Of a stretch of 64,000 nt of DNA, positions 21,839 to 31,787 are shown in pieces (the stretch's first letter is position 1; every line of letters starts with the position of its first letter). Origin of the DNA: an uncultured delta proteobacterium (lineage in GTDB: Bacteria > Myxococcota > Myxococcia > Myxococcales > Anaeromyxobacteraceae); NCBI GenBank assembly GCA_963828255.1, contig CAWHDZ010000034.1, positions 64,001-128,000 of the forward strand, given 5' to 3'. Made by a program: the position numbers and the translations under genes. The notes under the pieces are model-generated. The model was given only the letters and a program-made list of their open reading frames with translations, ran no database searches and was not told the origin of the DNA.

Positions 21839-24800
21839 ATGAAGAGTCTCCTTCGCTTCGCCGCCGCCGCGGCGGTCGCGGTCGCGCTCGCGGCCGGGAT
21901 CTCCTTCGCCCTCGCCCACCGTCCGTCGCCCAACCGGCCCACCGGTCCGGACGCCGTCGCCTCGATGGGAAACCACGCGGGCCAGGCTTCCGGCGAGGAC
22001 GGCGCCACCGACGCCTCCCCCGGCTACCGCCTGAAGACCCTGCCGGTGGTCACCAAGGTGGTGCTGGCGGTGCAGGAGAACTACGTCGATCCACGCAGGG
22101 TGAACCCCAAGTCGATGCTGGCCGGGTCGCTGGGCGCGGTGGAGAAGACGGTGGCCGAGGTCATGGTCGAGGGGGACGTCACCGCCGGGAAGGTCAAGGT
22201 CACGGTGGGCGAGTCCTCCCGCGAGTTCGACGTCTCCGGGGTCTCCTCCATCTTCAGCTTCCGCCAGAAGCTCGCCGAGATCATGGACTTCGTGCAGGAC
22301 CACCTCATCGCCCACAAGAACCTGGGCGACGTCGAGTACGCGGCGGCCAACGGCATGCTGCAGACCCTCGACCCCCACTCGGTCCTCCTCGAGCCCAAGC
22401 ACTTCAAGGAGATGCGGCTGCAGACCCGGGGCGAGTTCGGCGGCCTGGGCTTCGTCATCGGCATGCGGGACGGCAACCTCACCGTGATGAAGGTCCTGAA
22501 GAACACCCCGGCGCAGCGCTCCGGCATCCGGGCCAAGGACGTCATCTCCCGCATCGAGGAGCAGTCCACCATCAACATGGACGTCCAGGAAGCCGTGGAC
22601 CGGCTGCGCGGCAAGCCCGGGACGCGGGTGAACGTCACCGTGGGCAAGGCCGGCGCCGAGCCGCGCAAGCTGGCCATCGTCCGCGAGGTCATCAACGTCG
22701 AGACCGTGCCCTTCGCCAAGCTCCTCGACCGGAACGTGGGCTACGTGAAGGTCGCGCAGTTCTCCGCCAACACCACCCGCGACCTGGTCCGGGCCATCGA
22801 GCAGCAGAAGGGCGAGGCGGCCGCCGCCGGCGGCAAGCTGTCCGGGCTCATCCTCGACCTGCGCGGCAACCCGGGCGGGCTGCTCGAGCAGGCCATCACG
22901 GTCTCCGACCTCTTCCTCTCCGAGGGGGTCATCGTGAAGACCGTCGGCGAGGGGGACCGCCGCCAGATCCACGAGGTGAAGGAGGCCCACGCCGACCGCA
23001 ACGACTACGCGCAGCTCCCGGTGGTGGTGCTGGTCAACAACTCGTCGGCCTCGGCCAGCGAGATCGTGGCCGGCGCGCTCAAGAACAACGGCCGTGCGCT
23101 GGTGGCCGGGCGGCAGACCTTCGGCAAGGGCTCGGTCCAGGTCCTCTACGACTTCAGCGACCCCGCCCACGGCGGCGACGAGGCGGCCCTCAAGCTCACC
23201 ATCGCCCAGTACCTCACCCCGGGTGACATCTCCATCCAGGAGGTGGGCATCACCCCCGACGTGCTCCTGCAGCCGGGGCGCGCCCTGCCCGACGCGGTGA
23301 ACTGGTTCGCGCCCCCCCGCTCCATGGGAGAGGCCGACCTCGACCACCACTTCAAGAACCCGCTCCTGGGCGGCGGCGACGCCCGCCGGGGCGCGGAGAA
23401 GGCGGAGAAGAAGGAGCCCACCGAGAAGCCTCCCCTCGAGCTGCGCTACCTGCTCGACGAGAAGGAGGACATGGTCGCGAAGGCCCTCAAGAAGGAGGCC
23501 CGCGAGCAGGCCCGCGCCCGCACCGAGGACCCGGAGCTCACCCCGGCCCAGCAGGAGGACGAGGAGTCCGACGCCAACCCCGACGAGCTGGTCGAGGACT
23601 ACCAGATCCGCTTCGCCAAGGACCTCCTGGTCCGGGCTCCCTTCACCGACCGTGCACGCCAGCTCGAGGCGGCCCGGCTGCTCGTGGGGGAGCGCCGCGC
23701 CGACGAGCAGGCCCGCCTGCAGGCCCGCTTCGCCCAGATGGGCATCGACTGGAGCCCGGGCGTCGCCACCACCGGCACGGCGAAGCCGGTGGTCACCTTC
23801 GCCCCCGCCGCCGACAATGCCGTGAAGGCCGGGGAGACCGTCCCCTGGACGATCACCGTCAAGAACGAGGGGGACGCCCCCATCCATCGGCTGCGCGGCT
23901 GGACCAAGGTGGAGGACGCTCCCTTCCTCGACCGCCGCGAGTTCGTCTTCGGCGCGGTGAAGCCCGGGCAGCAGCGCAGCTGGACGGTGCCCCTGCGCAT
24001 CCCCCGCGGCATGGACAGCCGGCTCGACCTGGTCTCCCTGCGTCTCGAGGACGACGCCGGCCAGTCCTTCCCCGAGCCACGCACCCGGTTCGAGGTGGTG
24101 GAGATCCCCCGCCCGCTCTTCGCCTTCACCTGGCAGACCGACGACGAGGCCAAGGGGGACGGCGACGGCCTCCTGTCCCGCGGCGAGGAGATCGTGCTGC
24201 GCGTCGACGTGAAGAACGTCGGGGCCGGCCCCAGCGGCGACAAGACCTACGTCTCCGTGAAGAACCTGGGCGACGACAAGGTCTTCATCAAGAAGGGGCG
24301 CGCCGTCCTGGGGTCCATCCCCCCCGGCGAGACCCGCCCGGCGCTGCTCGAGGTCGAGGTGAAGAAGGGGTCCAAGCTCGACAAGGTGGCGCTCCGCTTC
24401 ACCGTCGTGGACGAGAAGCTCGAGGAGTACATCTCCGAGAAGGTCGAGATCCCCCTCTCCACCCAGCCGCCTGCCCGCCAGGCAGCCACCGGCGCGGTCA
24501 AGGTCACGGCCCTCCTCACGCCCGTCCGCTCCGGCGGCGCCCCCGACGCCCCCCCGCTGGCCGAGGCGGCCCGCGGCGCGGTCCTGCCGGTCAGCGCCCG
24601 GGTCGGATCCCTGTACAAGGTGGAGTGGGAGAAGGGGCGCTTCGGCTTCGTCGCGGCCGCCGACGTCGAGCCCACCAAGGGCAAGCTCGCAGGCTCGATC
24701 ACCCGGGTCTGGCAGCGCGAGCCCCCCCGGATCGCCGTCTCTCCCGATCCCGCCCGGGGCCCGGTCAGGGTCGAGGGGGAGAAGCTCCACCTCACCGGGA

Positions 24801-25051
24801 CCGCCAGCGTGCCGGCCGGAAGCCCGTCCACCCGGCTGAGGGACGTCTTCGTGTTCGTGAACGACCAGAAGGTCTTCTTCAAGGTGGTGCCGGAGGGCAA
24901 GACCGGCGACATCGCCTTCGAGGCCGACGTGGCGCTCAAGCTCGGAAACAACACGGTCACCGTGGTGGCCCGGGAGGACGAGGAGTTCCAGACCCGCCGT
25001 TCACTCATCGTGCATCGCACCCGGCCGGCCGAGGTCGCCCAGCAGAAGTAG
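21839..25051 (+). CDS. S41 carboxyl-terminal-processing protease with PDZ and long C-terminal Ig-like extension (MXAN_5808-like)
   Basis: LDPHS, GEFGGLG (PDZ), ILDLRGNPGGLL, SASASEIVAGAL (catalytic Ser), TFGKGSVQ (catalytic Lys). Confidence 0.92.
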   Translation: MKSLLRFAAAAAVAVALAAGISFALAHRPSPNRPTGPDAVASMGNHAGQASGEDGATDASPGYRLKTLPVVTKVVLAVQENYVDPRRVNPKSMLAGSLGAVEKTVAEVMVEGDVTAGKVKVTVGESSREFDVSGVSSIFSFRQKLAEIMDFVQDHLIAHKNLGDVEYAAANGMLQTLDPHSVLLEPKHFKEMRLQTRGEFGGLGFVIGMRDGNLTVMKVLKNTPAQRSGIRAKDVISRIEEQSTINMDVQEAVDRLRGKPGTRVNVTVGKAGAEPRKLAIVREVINVETVPFAKLLDRNVGYVKVAQFSANTTRDLVRAIEQQKGEAAAAGGKLSGLILDLRGNPGGLLEQAITVSDLFLSEGVIVKTVGEGDRRQIHEVKEAHADRNDYAQLPVVVLVNNSSASASEIVAGALKNNGRALVAGRQTFGKGSVQVLYDFSDPAHGGDEAALKLTIAQYLTPGDISIQEVGITPDVLLQPGRALPDAVNWFAPPRSMGEADLDHHFKNPLLGGGDARRGAEKAEKKEPTEKPPLELRYLLDEKEDMVAKALKKEAREQARARTEDPELTPAQQEDEESDANPDELVEDYQIRFAKDLLVRAPFTDRARQLEAARLLVGERRADEQARLQARFAQMGIDWSPGVATTGTAKPVVTFAPAADNAVKAGETVPWTITVKNEGDAPIHRLRGWTKVEDAPFLDRREFVFGAVKPGQQRSWTVPLRIPRGMDSRLDLVSLRLEDDAGQSFPEPRTRFEVVEIPRPLFAFTWQTDDEAKGDGDGLLSRGEEIVLRVDVKNVGAGPSGDKTYVSVKNLGDDKVFIKKGRAVLGSIPPGETRPALLEVEVKKGSKLDKVALRFTVVDEKLEEYISEKVEIPLSTQPPARQAATGAVKVTALLTPVRSGGAPDAPPLAEAARGAVLPVSARVGSLYKVEWEKGRFGFVAAADVEPTKGKLAGSITRVWQREPPRIAVSPDPARGPVRVEGEKLHLTGTASVPAGSPSTRLRDVFVFVNDQKVFFKVVPEGKTGDIAFEADVALKLGNNTVTVVAREDEEFQTRRSLIVHRTRPAEVAQQK

Positions 25052-25097
25052 CCGGTTTCCACACCGGGATCCGAATCCACGGTAGGATTGCCAACCC

Positions 25098-28000
25098 GTG
25101 CCCGAGGCCCCGAGAGAACCAGGCTCCCCCACCCCTCCCCGGCTCGAGCTCCGGCTCGAGCGGGGGCGCGTCGCCGTGGGGCTGGGAGCGGCCCCGCTGC
25201 CCGGCGGACTCGTCCTCCTCGACCTGGAGCTGGAGGTCGAGGGGCTCCCCTCCCCCTTCGATCCCGGCGCCGGGACGTCGCCGTTCCGTTCCCTGCCCTG
25301 CGCCCTGCGACGGCTGGAGGTCGCCTCCGACGGCGCCTCCCCCGGCGCCGACGCGCTGCACGAGGTGCTCGCCGCGGCGCTCGCATCCTCCGGGTGGCCG
25401 CTGCCCGGCACCTCGGGGCTCGTCCACTCCACCTGGAGCGACGGCCGCGGATCGGGCGCCTCCTGGGTCCGCCCCGCCGACCAGGCCCGGGCCATGCTCG
25501 CGTCCGCTTCGGAGGCCGCCGCACGGGGCGAGCCCGACCTGGGGCTGCGGCTCGCCCTGGCCGGCCACGCGGCCATCGCGGCGGGGCTGACTCCCGAGGG
25601 CGTCTCCGCACTCCGCGCCGCGCTCGACGCTGGCCTGGGCAAGGACGACGCCCGCGAGGCCTGGCGGGTGCTCGTGGCCGCGGCCCGCGCCAGCGGCGAC
25701 GACGCGGCCGAGCGGCAGGGGCTCGCCGGGCTCGTGCCCGCCGCCCCCACCGGCGAGCGCCCCGCGCTCCTGCTGCGCCTCTCCGCTCTCGACCTCGCCG
25801 CCGGCGACGCCGACGCGTCGCGGCTCCACGCCGAGGAGGCGCGCACGCTCGCCCCCCGCGACCCGGTCGCCACCGAGGCGTGCCTGGCCTGCGCCCTTCG
25901 CGCCGGCGACGGCGAAGGCGCCATCGTCCTGCTCGACCGGCTCGCCACCCTCGAACCGGCCACCGCCGGCGCCCGCCTCCTCGACCGGGCCCGGAGGCTC
26001 GCGGCCGCCGGTCGGCTCCTCGAGGCCGACCTGGGCTTCAGCGACGCCATCGCCAAGCTGCCCGCCGACCGCGCCCTCGCCGACGAGCACGCCGCCCTTC
26101 GCCGTGCCTCCCCTCCGCCTGTCGGACGCCACCCCTGGGGCGAGCCGCTCGAGGCCTTCGCCGGTCGCGTCGGCGAGGCCCCCGATTCGGCGCGCGCCTT
26201 CCGCGACGCCGCCCTGCTCGCCCGGGAACAGGGCGACCTTCCCTCGGCGCTGCGGGCCGCCCGACGCGCCCACGAGCGGTCGGGCGACGTGGCCTTCGCC
26301 GGCGAGCTGCTCGCCAGCCTCCTCCACGCCGGAGGCTCGGTGCGGGAGGCCCTCGACCTGCACAAGATCCTGCTCGCGCAGGCCGCCCACACCCTCGACC
26401 CCGCCGCGCTCGCCGACCGGCTCACCGCGCTGGCCGAGCTGGCCGAGGAGGCCGGCGATCGCCCGCTCGCCGTCGAGTCGCTCGACCGGCTCATCGAGCA
26501 GCGCCCCCACGACGCCCAGACGCTGGAGTGGCGCTTCCGGGTGGACCCCGACCGCGTCCGCGCCCTCGACCGGCTGGCCGCTGGGGCCGAGGAGATCCGC
26601 TCCCGCCGCAGCCGCAGCCGCCTGCTCGTCCTGGCCGCCTCCGCGGCCAGGGACGAGGCCTGCGACGCCGGCCGGCAGCGCGATCTCCTCCGCCGCGCCG
26701 CCGAGGCGGCCAGCGGCTCGCCCGGGGCCGAGCGCGAGGTGGCGCTGGCGCTGCTCGCGCTCTGCCGCTCCGACCCCTCCGACGAGGAGAGCGCGCGCTC
26801 CCTGGCGCTGCTCCTGGAGGGCGATCCCGGCGCCCGTGCCGAGGCATTCCTCGAGCTCGCCGACGCCGCCCCTCCTGGCCGGGCCCGCGCCTCCCGCCTC
26901 GCCACGGCGGCCTCGGCCCTGGCCGAGTCGGGAGAGACCATCCGTCACCGCGAGGCGGTGCAGGCGGCCTTCGAGGCCTGGCCGCTCGACGACGCCACCT
27001 TCCGCGGGGCGCTGGCCTGGGCCGAGGGGGACGTGGACGCGACCGGGGCGGTCCTCTCCCTGCGCGCCGCCGCGGTCCCGGGCGAGGCGGCGGCCTGCCA
27101 CCGGGCCCGCGCCGACCTGCTGCTCTCCGCCGGCCGTCCCGGCCCCGCCGCCCGTGCCTACGAGGCCTGCCTGGCGGCCAATCCGTCCGACGGCGTCGCG
27201 CTGGCCGGCCTCACCGAGGCCCGCAGCGGCGAGGGTGACCTGCCGGGGGCGCTCTCCGCCGCCCGGAGGGGCGCGGAGGTGGCCGCCAGCCACGGGCTCG
27301 TCGCCGACCGGCGCCGGGCGCTGGTGAGGGGCGCCAGCCTCGCCGCCGGTCTCCACGACCGGGGCGAGGACGCCGCCTCGGTGCTGGAGTCGCTGGCCCT
27401 GCTCCTCGTCGAGGACGACGCAACCCCGGAGGCCGAGGCCGCGCAGATGGCCGCGCGGGCCGCCGACGCGCTCGAGAGCACGGGTGAGGAGCTTCGGGCC
27501 GCCTCGCTGCGCTCCCGGGCCGGCATCGCGCCACCCGAGCCGGAACACTCCCCGCTCGACCTCGCCGCCGAGACCGGGCCGGAGCATTCCGGGGCCAGCA
27601 TCGCCGAGTTGCTCCGCCCCCTGCTCGCCTCCGCGCGCTCGCTCGCCGACGCCGGGGAGCTCGGGGCGGCCTACGCGCGGCTCACGCTGGCCCGGGAGAT
27701 CGACCCCGACCACCTCGACCTCGGCCTGATGCTGGCCCGGGTCGCCGAGAAGCTCGGCCACTTCGACGAGGCGGTCTCGCACGGGGAGGCCTGGGGCGAC
27801 GCCGTCGCCGCCACCGACCCGGCGGCCGCTGCCGCCCGCTTCCGGGAACTGGCCGGCATCGCCCGGACGCGCCTCGCCGACCCGGCCCACGCCACCGCCC
27901 TCCTCCAGAAGGCGGCCGCCGTCGAGCCCTTCGACCCCGCCACCGAGGACGCGCTGGCCGGGCTCCGGGCCGGCCAGCGGGAGGGGGCGCTCGCGCTCCT

Positions 28001-29024
28001 GGAATCCCGGCTGGCCTCCCTGCGAGAACGGCCCTCCGCCATCGACGCGGCCAGGGCCGTGGCCGTCCTGTCGCGCGAGCTCTCGGCCACCGAGCCCGGG
28101 GCGCCGGACCGGGAAGCGCGCGCCGCGCGCGCCGACGCGGCCTACGACCTCGTCCGCTTCGCCGACCGGCTGGGGCCGGGGAGCCGCCCCCTCGCGCTGG
28201 CCCCCCGCATCTCACCCGAGGTGAAGTCCCGCGTCGCCCTGCCCGGGGCCGACGGCCCCACCGCGCGCCTCCTCTCGCTCCTCTCCCCGTACCTCGAGCC
28301 GCTCTTCCCCGTGGACCTGGCGCGCCACGGCACGGGCCCCGGCCCCGCCGATCGGCTGGCCCCCTCCTCGGCGCCGGGCGTCCAGGCGGCCTTCGCGAGC
28401 GCCTCCGGCGCGCTCGGCGGACGGACCCTGGCCCTCCTGGCAGGCCGGCGCCCCGGCCTGCAGGCGGTGCTCGAGAACACCCGCCCTCCCTCCGCCGTGC
28501 TCGGAACCGACGTGCCGTCGCTTCCCCCCGGGGCCCTGGCCTTCCTGGCCGCCCGCTCGGTGGCGCTGGCCTCCTCCGGCTGGGCGCTCCTGGGGCGCTT
28601 CGCCCCGCGTGACGCCCTCATCCTCTTCGAGCTGGCCAGCCGCTTCGCCGGTGGCGAGCCCCCGCCGCGCGGTCTCCCGGCCTCCCGCGCCGGCGACTTC
28701 CTGGCCGCGCTGGAGCGCTCCGTCCCCGCGGCGACGAGCGAGGCCGTCGCCCCGCTCGGGCCCGCCTCCGCAGCCGAGCTCTCGCTCCTCGACCCGGTGG
28801 CCTTCGCGGCCGCCGTGGAGGAGACGGCCGGCCGTCTCGCCCTGCTCCACGCCGGCGACCTGCACGGCGCGCTCACGGTGCTCTCCCGGCTCCCACGGCT
28901 GGGGCTCCAGGCGCCCGCCGACCCGCTCGCGGCGCTGGCCCGGCCCGACCTGGCCAGCCTCTCCGGCTTCGCGCTCTCCGACGCGTACCTCGAGCTCCGC
29001 GGGATGCTGCTCGGATGGGCGTGA
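25098..29024 (+). CDS. Large Ala-rich TPR-like helical repeat protein
   Basis: 1308-aa open frame with typical codon bias; recurring TPR-like segments (AARAYEACLAANPSD, AREIDPDH). Confidence 0.75.
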   Translation: MPEAPREPGSPTPPRLELRLERGRVAVGLGAAPLPGGLVLLDLELEVEGLPSPFDPGAGTSPFRSLPCALRRLEVASDGASPGADALHEVLAAALASSGWPLPGTSGLVHSTWSDGRGSGASWVRPADQARAMLASASEAAARGEPDLGLRLALAGHAAIAAGLTPEGVSALRAALDAGLGKDDAREAWRVLVAAARASGDDAAERQGLAGLVPAAPTGERPALLLRLSALDLAAGDADASRLHAEEARTLAPRDPVATEACLACALRAGDGEGAIVLLDRLATLEPATAGARLLDRARRLAAAGRLLEADLGFSDAIAKLPADRALADEHAALRRASPPPVGRHPWGEPLEAFAGRVGEAPDSARAFRDAALLAREQGDLPSALRAARRAHERSGDVAFAGELLASLLHAGGSVREALDLHKILLAQAAHTLDPAALADRLTALAELAEEAGDRPLAVESLDRLIEQRPHDAQTLEWRFRVDPDRVRALDRLAAGAEEIRSRRSRSRLLVLAASAARDEACDAGRQRDLLRRAAEAASGSPGAEREVALALLALCRSDPSDEESARSLALLLEGDPGARAEAFLELADAAPPGRARASRLATAASALAESGETIRHREAVQAAFEAWPLDDATFRGALAWAEGDVDATGAVLSLRAAAVPGEAAACHRARADLLLSAGRPGPAARAYEACLAANPSDGVALAGLTEARSGEGDLPGALSAARRGAEVAASHGLVADRRRALVRGASLAAGLHDRGEDAASVLESLALLLVEDDATPEAEAAQMAARAADALESTGEELRAASLRSRAGIAPPEPEHSPLDLAAETGPEHSGASIAELLRPLLASARSLADAGELGAAYARLTLAREIDPDHLDLGLMLARVAEKLGHFDEAVSHGEAWGDAVAATDPAAAAARFRELAGIARTRLADPAHATALLQKAAAVEPFDPATEDALAGLRAGQREGALALLESRLASLRERPSAIDAARAVAVLSRELSATEPGAPDREARAARADAAYDLVRFADRLGPGSRPLALAPRISPEVKSRVALPGADGPTARLLSLLSPYLEPLFPVDLARHGTGPGPADRLAPSSAPGVQAAFASASGALGGRTLALLAGRRPGLQAVLENTRPPSAVLGTDVPSLPPGALAFLAARSVALASSGWALLGRFAPRDALILFELASRFAGGEPPPRGLPASRAGDFLAALERSVPAATSEAVAPLGPASAAELSLLDPVAFAAAVEETAGRLALLHAGDLHGALTVLSRLPRLGLQAPADPLAALARPDLASLSGFALSDAYLELRGMLLGWA

Positions 29025-29638
29025 GGCGCCTCGCAGCCTCCGCGGCGGCCGTCTTCATCTGTGGGTGCGAGGTCTACGCCGTCCCCAGCCCGCTTCCCTG
29101 CCCGGGGGAACGACAGGGGGTCTTCGACTTCGTGGGCGACCAGATCCTCACCCCCGACGACTGCTTCTTCGCCCAGCCCGGGAACGACGCCTACCAGGTG
29201 AGGAACCCCATCCCCTTCCAGGGTTCCGTCAGCTTCGGTCCGGGCGCGAGCGATGCCGCCGTGTGCATCTCGGCTCCCCACGCGGTGCCGCGCCTGGGAA
29301 CCCATTCCGGGCTCGACCTCGACGTGGAGTACGTGAACCTGACCGGGAGCGTGGGGGGCTGCACCTGCCCGGACCAGGCGGCGGTCGCCGCCGGCAACTG
29401 CTCCTGCCCTCCTTCATCCGGAATCCCGATCACCGGCTGCTCCTGCCCGGTGATCATCTCGGAGCGCATCCAGGGATCCCTGCTGCCCATCCCGGGCGGG
29501 TTCTCCGGGTTCGACGGTTTCCAGAGGGTGTCGGTCACGCCGCCGCCCGGGCTCGTCCTCCCGGATCCTCCCTGCGACTGCCAGGCGGCCTGCTCCTACG
29601 CCTACACCCTCACGGCGACGACGGTCGGGAGCCGCTAG
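29015..29638 (+). CDS. Cys-rich putative lipoprotein
   Basis: Signal with ICG-C; 14 Cys including CTC, CSC, CSC, CDC; start is ATG 29015 or GTG 29021. Confidence 0.75.
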   Translation: MGVRRLAASAAAVFICGCEVYAVPSPLPCPGERQGVFDFVGDQILTPDDCFFAQPGNDAYQVRNPIPFQGSVSFGPGASDAAVCISAPHAVPRLGTHSGLDLDVEYVNLTGSVGGCTCPDQAAVAAGNCSCPPSSGIPITGCSCPVIISERIQGSLLPIPGGFSGFDGFQRVSVTPPPGLVLPDPPCDCQAACSYAYTLTATTVGSR

Positions 29639-30355
29639 GTGCGACGCCCCGCCAAGCCCCGCCGCGCCGTGGTCCTCCTCTCCGGAGGGCTCGACTCCTC
29701 CACGGTCCTCGCCGTGGCGAGGAAGGAGGGCTTCGAGGTCCACTGCCTCTCGGTCGATTACGGGCAGCGGCACAGGGGGGAGCTCGCCGCGGCCCGGCGG
29801 GTGGCCCGGGAGCTGGGCGCCGCGAGCCACCGCGCCGCCCGGGTGAGCCTCTCCCTCTTCGGCGGCTCGGCCCTCACCGACGCCTCCATCGCCGTGCCCA
29901 AGGGGCGCAGCGCGGCGGCCATGGGCGGGGACATCCCGGTCACCTACGTCCCGGCCCGCAACACCGTCCTCCTGTCGGTGGCGCTCGCCTGGGCCGAGGT
30001 GCTCGGCGCATCGGACATCTTCCTCGGGGTGAATGCGATCGACTACTCCGGCTACCCCGACTGCCGCCCGGAGTTCCTGCGCGCCTTCGAGCGCCTGGCG
30101 CGCGTGGCCACCCGCGCCGGGGTGCAGGGCGGCCGGGTGCGCATCCGCGCGCCGCTGCTCCGTCTCGGCAAGGCGGCCATCGTCCGGCTGGGCGCCCGGC
30201 TCGGCGTTCCCTACCACCTCACCCTCACCTGCTACGACCCGGTCCGGGGCCGCGCCTGCGGCCGCTGCGACGCCTGCACCCTGCGGCGCCAGGGCTTCGC
30301 GGAGGCCCGCGTGCCCGACCCCACCCGCTACCAGCGCCCCGGGAAGGAGACCTGA
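29639..30355 (+). CDS. queC: 7-cyano-7-deazaguanine synthase
   Basis: [34 protein letters not shown]...CGRCDAC. Confidence 0.97.
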   Translation: MRRPAKPRRAVVLLSGGLDSSTVLAVARKEGFEVHCLSVDYGQRHRGELAAARRVARELGAASHRAARVSLSLFGGSALTDASIAVPKGRSAAAMGGDIPVTYVPARNTVLLSVALAWAEVLGASDIFLGVNAIDYSGYPDCRPEFLRAFERLARVATRAGVQGGRVRIRAPLLRLGKAAIVRLGARLGVPYHLTLTCYDPVRGRACGRCDACTLRRQGFAEARVPDPTRYQRPGKET

Positions 30356-30636
30356 TGGCCCGCATCACCCGCAAGTTCACCGGCCGGAAGGACGACGAGA
30401 TCTTCGAGAAGGTCCACGAGGTGATGGAGCGCATCGCCGAGGAGTTCAAGCTCGACTACCGGCAGAACGAGGGGCTCCGCACCGGCGAGGTCTCCAAGAT
30501 GGGGATCAAGGGCACCTTCTCGGTGAAGTCGAGCGAGGTGGTGGTGGAGATGAAGTATCCGATGCTGATCCCCGGATCGATGCGGCAGAAGGTCGAGGAC
30601 CACATCGAGCGGAAGCTGGACGCGCTCTTCGTCTGA
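30355..30636 (+). CDS. Polyhydroxyalkanoic-acid-system family small protein
   Basis: TGATG coupling to queC, SD AAGGAG; 93 aa with GIKGTFSV...VVVEMKYPML...KVEDHIERKLD pattern. Confidence 0.7.
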   Translation: MARITRKFTGRKDDEIFEKVHEVMERIAEEFKLDYRQNEGLRTGEVSKMGIKGTFSVKSSEVVVEMKYPMLIPGSMRQKVEDHIERKLDALFV

Positions 30637-30638
30637 GG

Positions 30639-30911
30639 CTACTCGAGCCGGACGACCACCGCGCCGCTGCGCTCGTTCAGCCGGTGCACCGCGGCGTAGA
30701 TGGCGGCCAGCGGCGAGTCGCCCGATCCGCTGGCCGAGCGGGGTGCGTTGGCGCGCCGCCGCCTCGCACCCGTTCCCGCGCCGGACACGATGCGGGCGCC
30801 GGCCTTGCCGTGGAGGGCGTCGGGCCAGACCTGCACCCGGAGCCCGGCGCGGTAGATCGCCATGAGGGCCCGCCCCATCTCGGATGCCACGCGCTCGTCG
30901 GAATGGGTCAT
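30639..30911 (-). CDS. Small hypothetical protein
   Basis: SD GGAGAGG, upstream TACGAT -10-like hexamer, 90 aa with typical codon bias. Confidence 0.7.
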   Translation of the reverse strand: MTHSDERVASEMGRALMAIYRAGLRVQVWPDALHGKAGARIVSGAGTGARRRRANAPRSASGSGDSPLAAIYAAVHRLNERSGAVVVRLE

Positions 30912-31029
30912 GCCGTTTCCTCTCCGGGTACGGGTTGCATCGTATCCGCGGCGCGCCTCCCCGCCAGTTCCCCGCGATGGCGGCCGATAGCGGCGGCCCC
31001 ACCCCGCCTCGTCGCGGGGTCCCTTTCGC

Positions 31030-31774
31030 GGTGCCGGCGGGGTCCGGGTGGCCGGTCGTCGCTGGGGGCGCCGGCTTCGCGGTGAGAGCTCGCCCGCATG
31101 GATGGCGCCGCGGACACCGTGGTCAGACCGACGCCGGGTCGGCGCCCGCTCAGATGCGCCCCGCGCCGAGGCCACCCGTCCCGCCTGGCGGAAAGGCGGG
31201 TCCCGCGACGACGCGCGTCGGCCGCGCGCTTCACGAGGCGTGCGCGGGCAGGTCGGCGTCGGCCCCGCCCGTCGCCAGGCGGCGGACGCCACCCGCCGGG
31301 TGGCCGCCCGCAGTTCCCCACGAGGCGAGGTGTTCGCGTCGCCTTCGGCCCGGGCCGTCAGGCGCCCCCTGGTTGGCCCGAGCCCGTCGCGAGGCACACG
31401 ATGCCGTCGGCGAGCCGGGCACACGACGACGGAGCAGCGGAGGCGTGCCTGGAAGGCACGTCGAGCAGCGGAGGGAGGAGTCTGCACGGCGCAGCAAGGC
31501 AGCGTGCGCCGCAGCAGGGCTCCGGCCAGCCGGTGGGCGCCAGTCGCCGGCGCGGGCGTCCCTCGCAGCGGCGCCTCCGCACCGGGCGCCGGGGACGGGC
31601 GCTGCTCTGGCCCGGTATGACCCGGCGCCATTCACCAGGAGTACGCCACCGCCGGGAGGACCAGCGCCGCGGAGAGGGACATCCCAGCGCCCGGCGGCGG
31701 ACAGCCTGCTGGAACGAAGGCGATCCGCGGCACCCGGCGGCATCCGGCCTGCTGGAACGAGGGCGATCCGCGGC
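31030..31774 (-). repeat. Dispersed repeat family A, full copy (A4), interrupted by element B1, with a duplicated terminus
   Basis: Reverse complement contains CGCCGGGCGCTGGGATGTCCCTCTCCGCGGCGCTGGTCCTC identical to A3, plus distal blocks TTCCGCCAGGCG and CCCCAGCGACGA; left boundary approximate. Confidence 0.85.
31360..31542 (+). mobile_element. 183-bp non-autonomous MITE-like hairpin element (family B, copy B1)
   Basis: Imperfect 19-nt terminal inverted repeats, GTC direct repeat on both sides (31357-31359, 31543-31545); about 17 differences from 48264-48446 by manual alignment. Confidence 0.88.
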
Positions 31775-31787
31775 GCGGCGGCGTAGA

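Noticed and set aside
18262..24790. Very long antisense or alternate-frame ORFs (18262..23226, 19907..24790; likewise 4553..7972 and 37003..41286)
   Set aside because: Shadow frames of real genes in high-GC DNA, with no recognisable motifs
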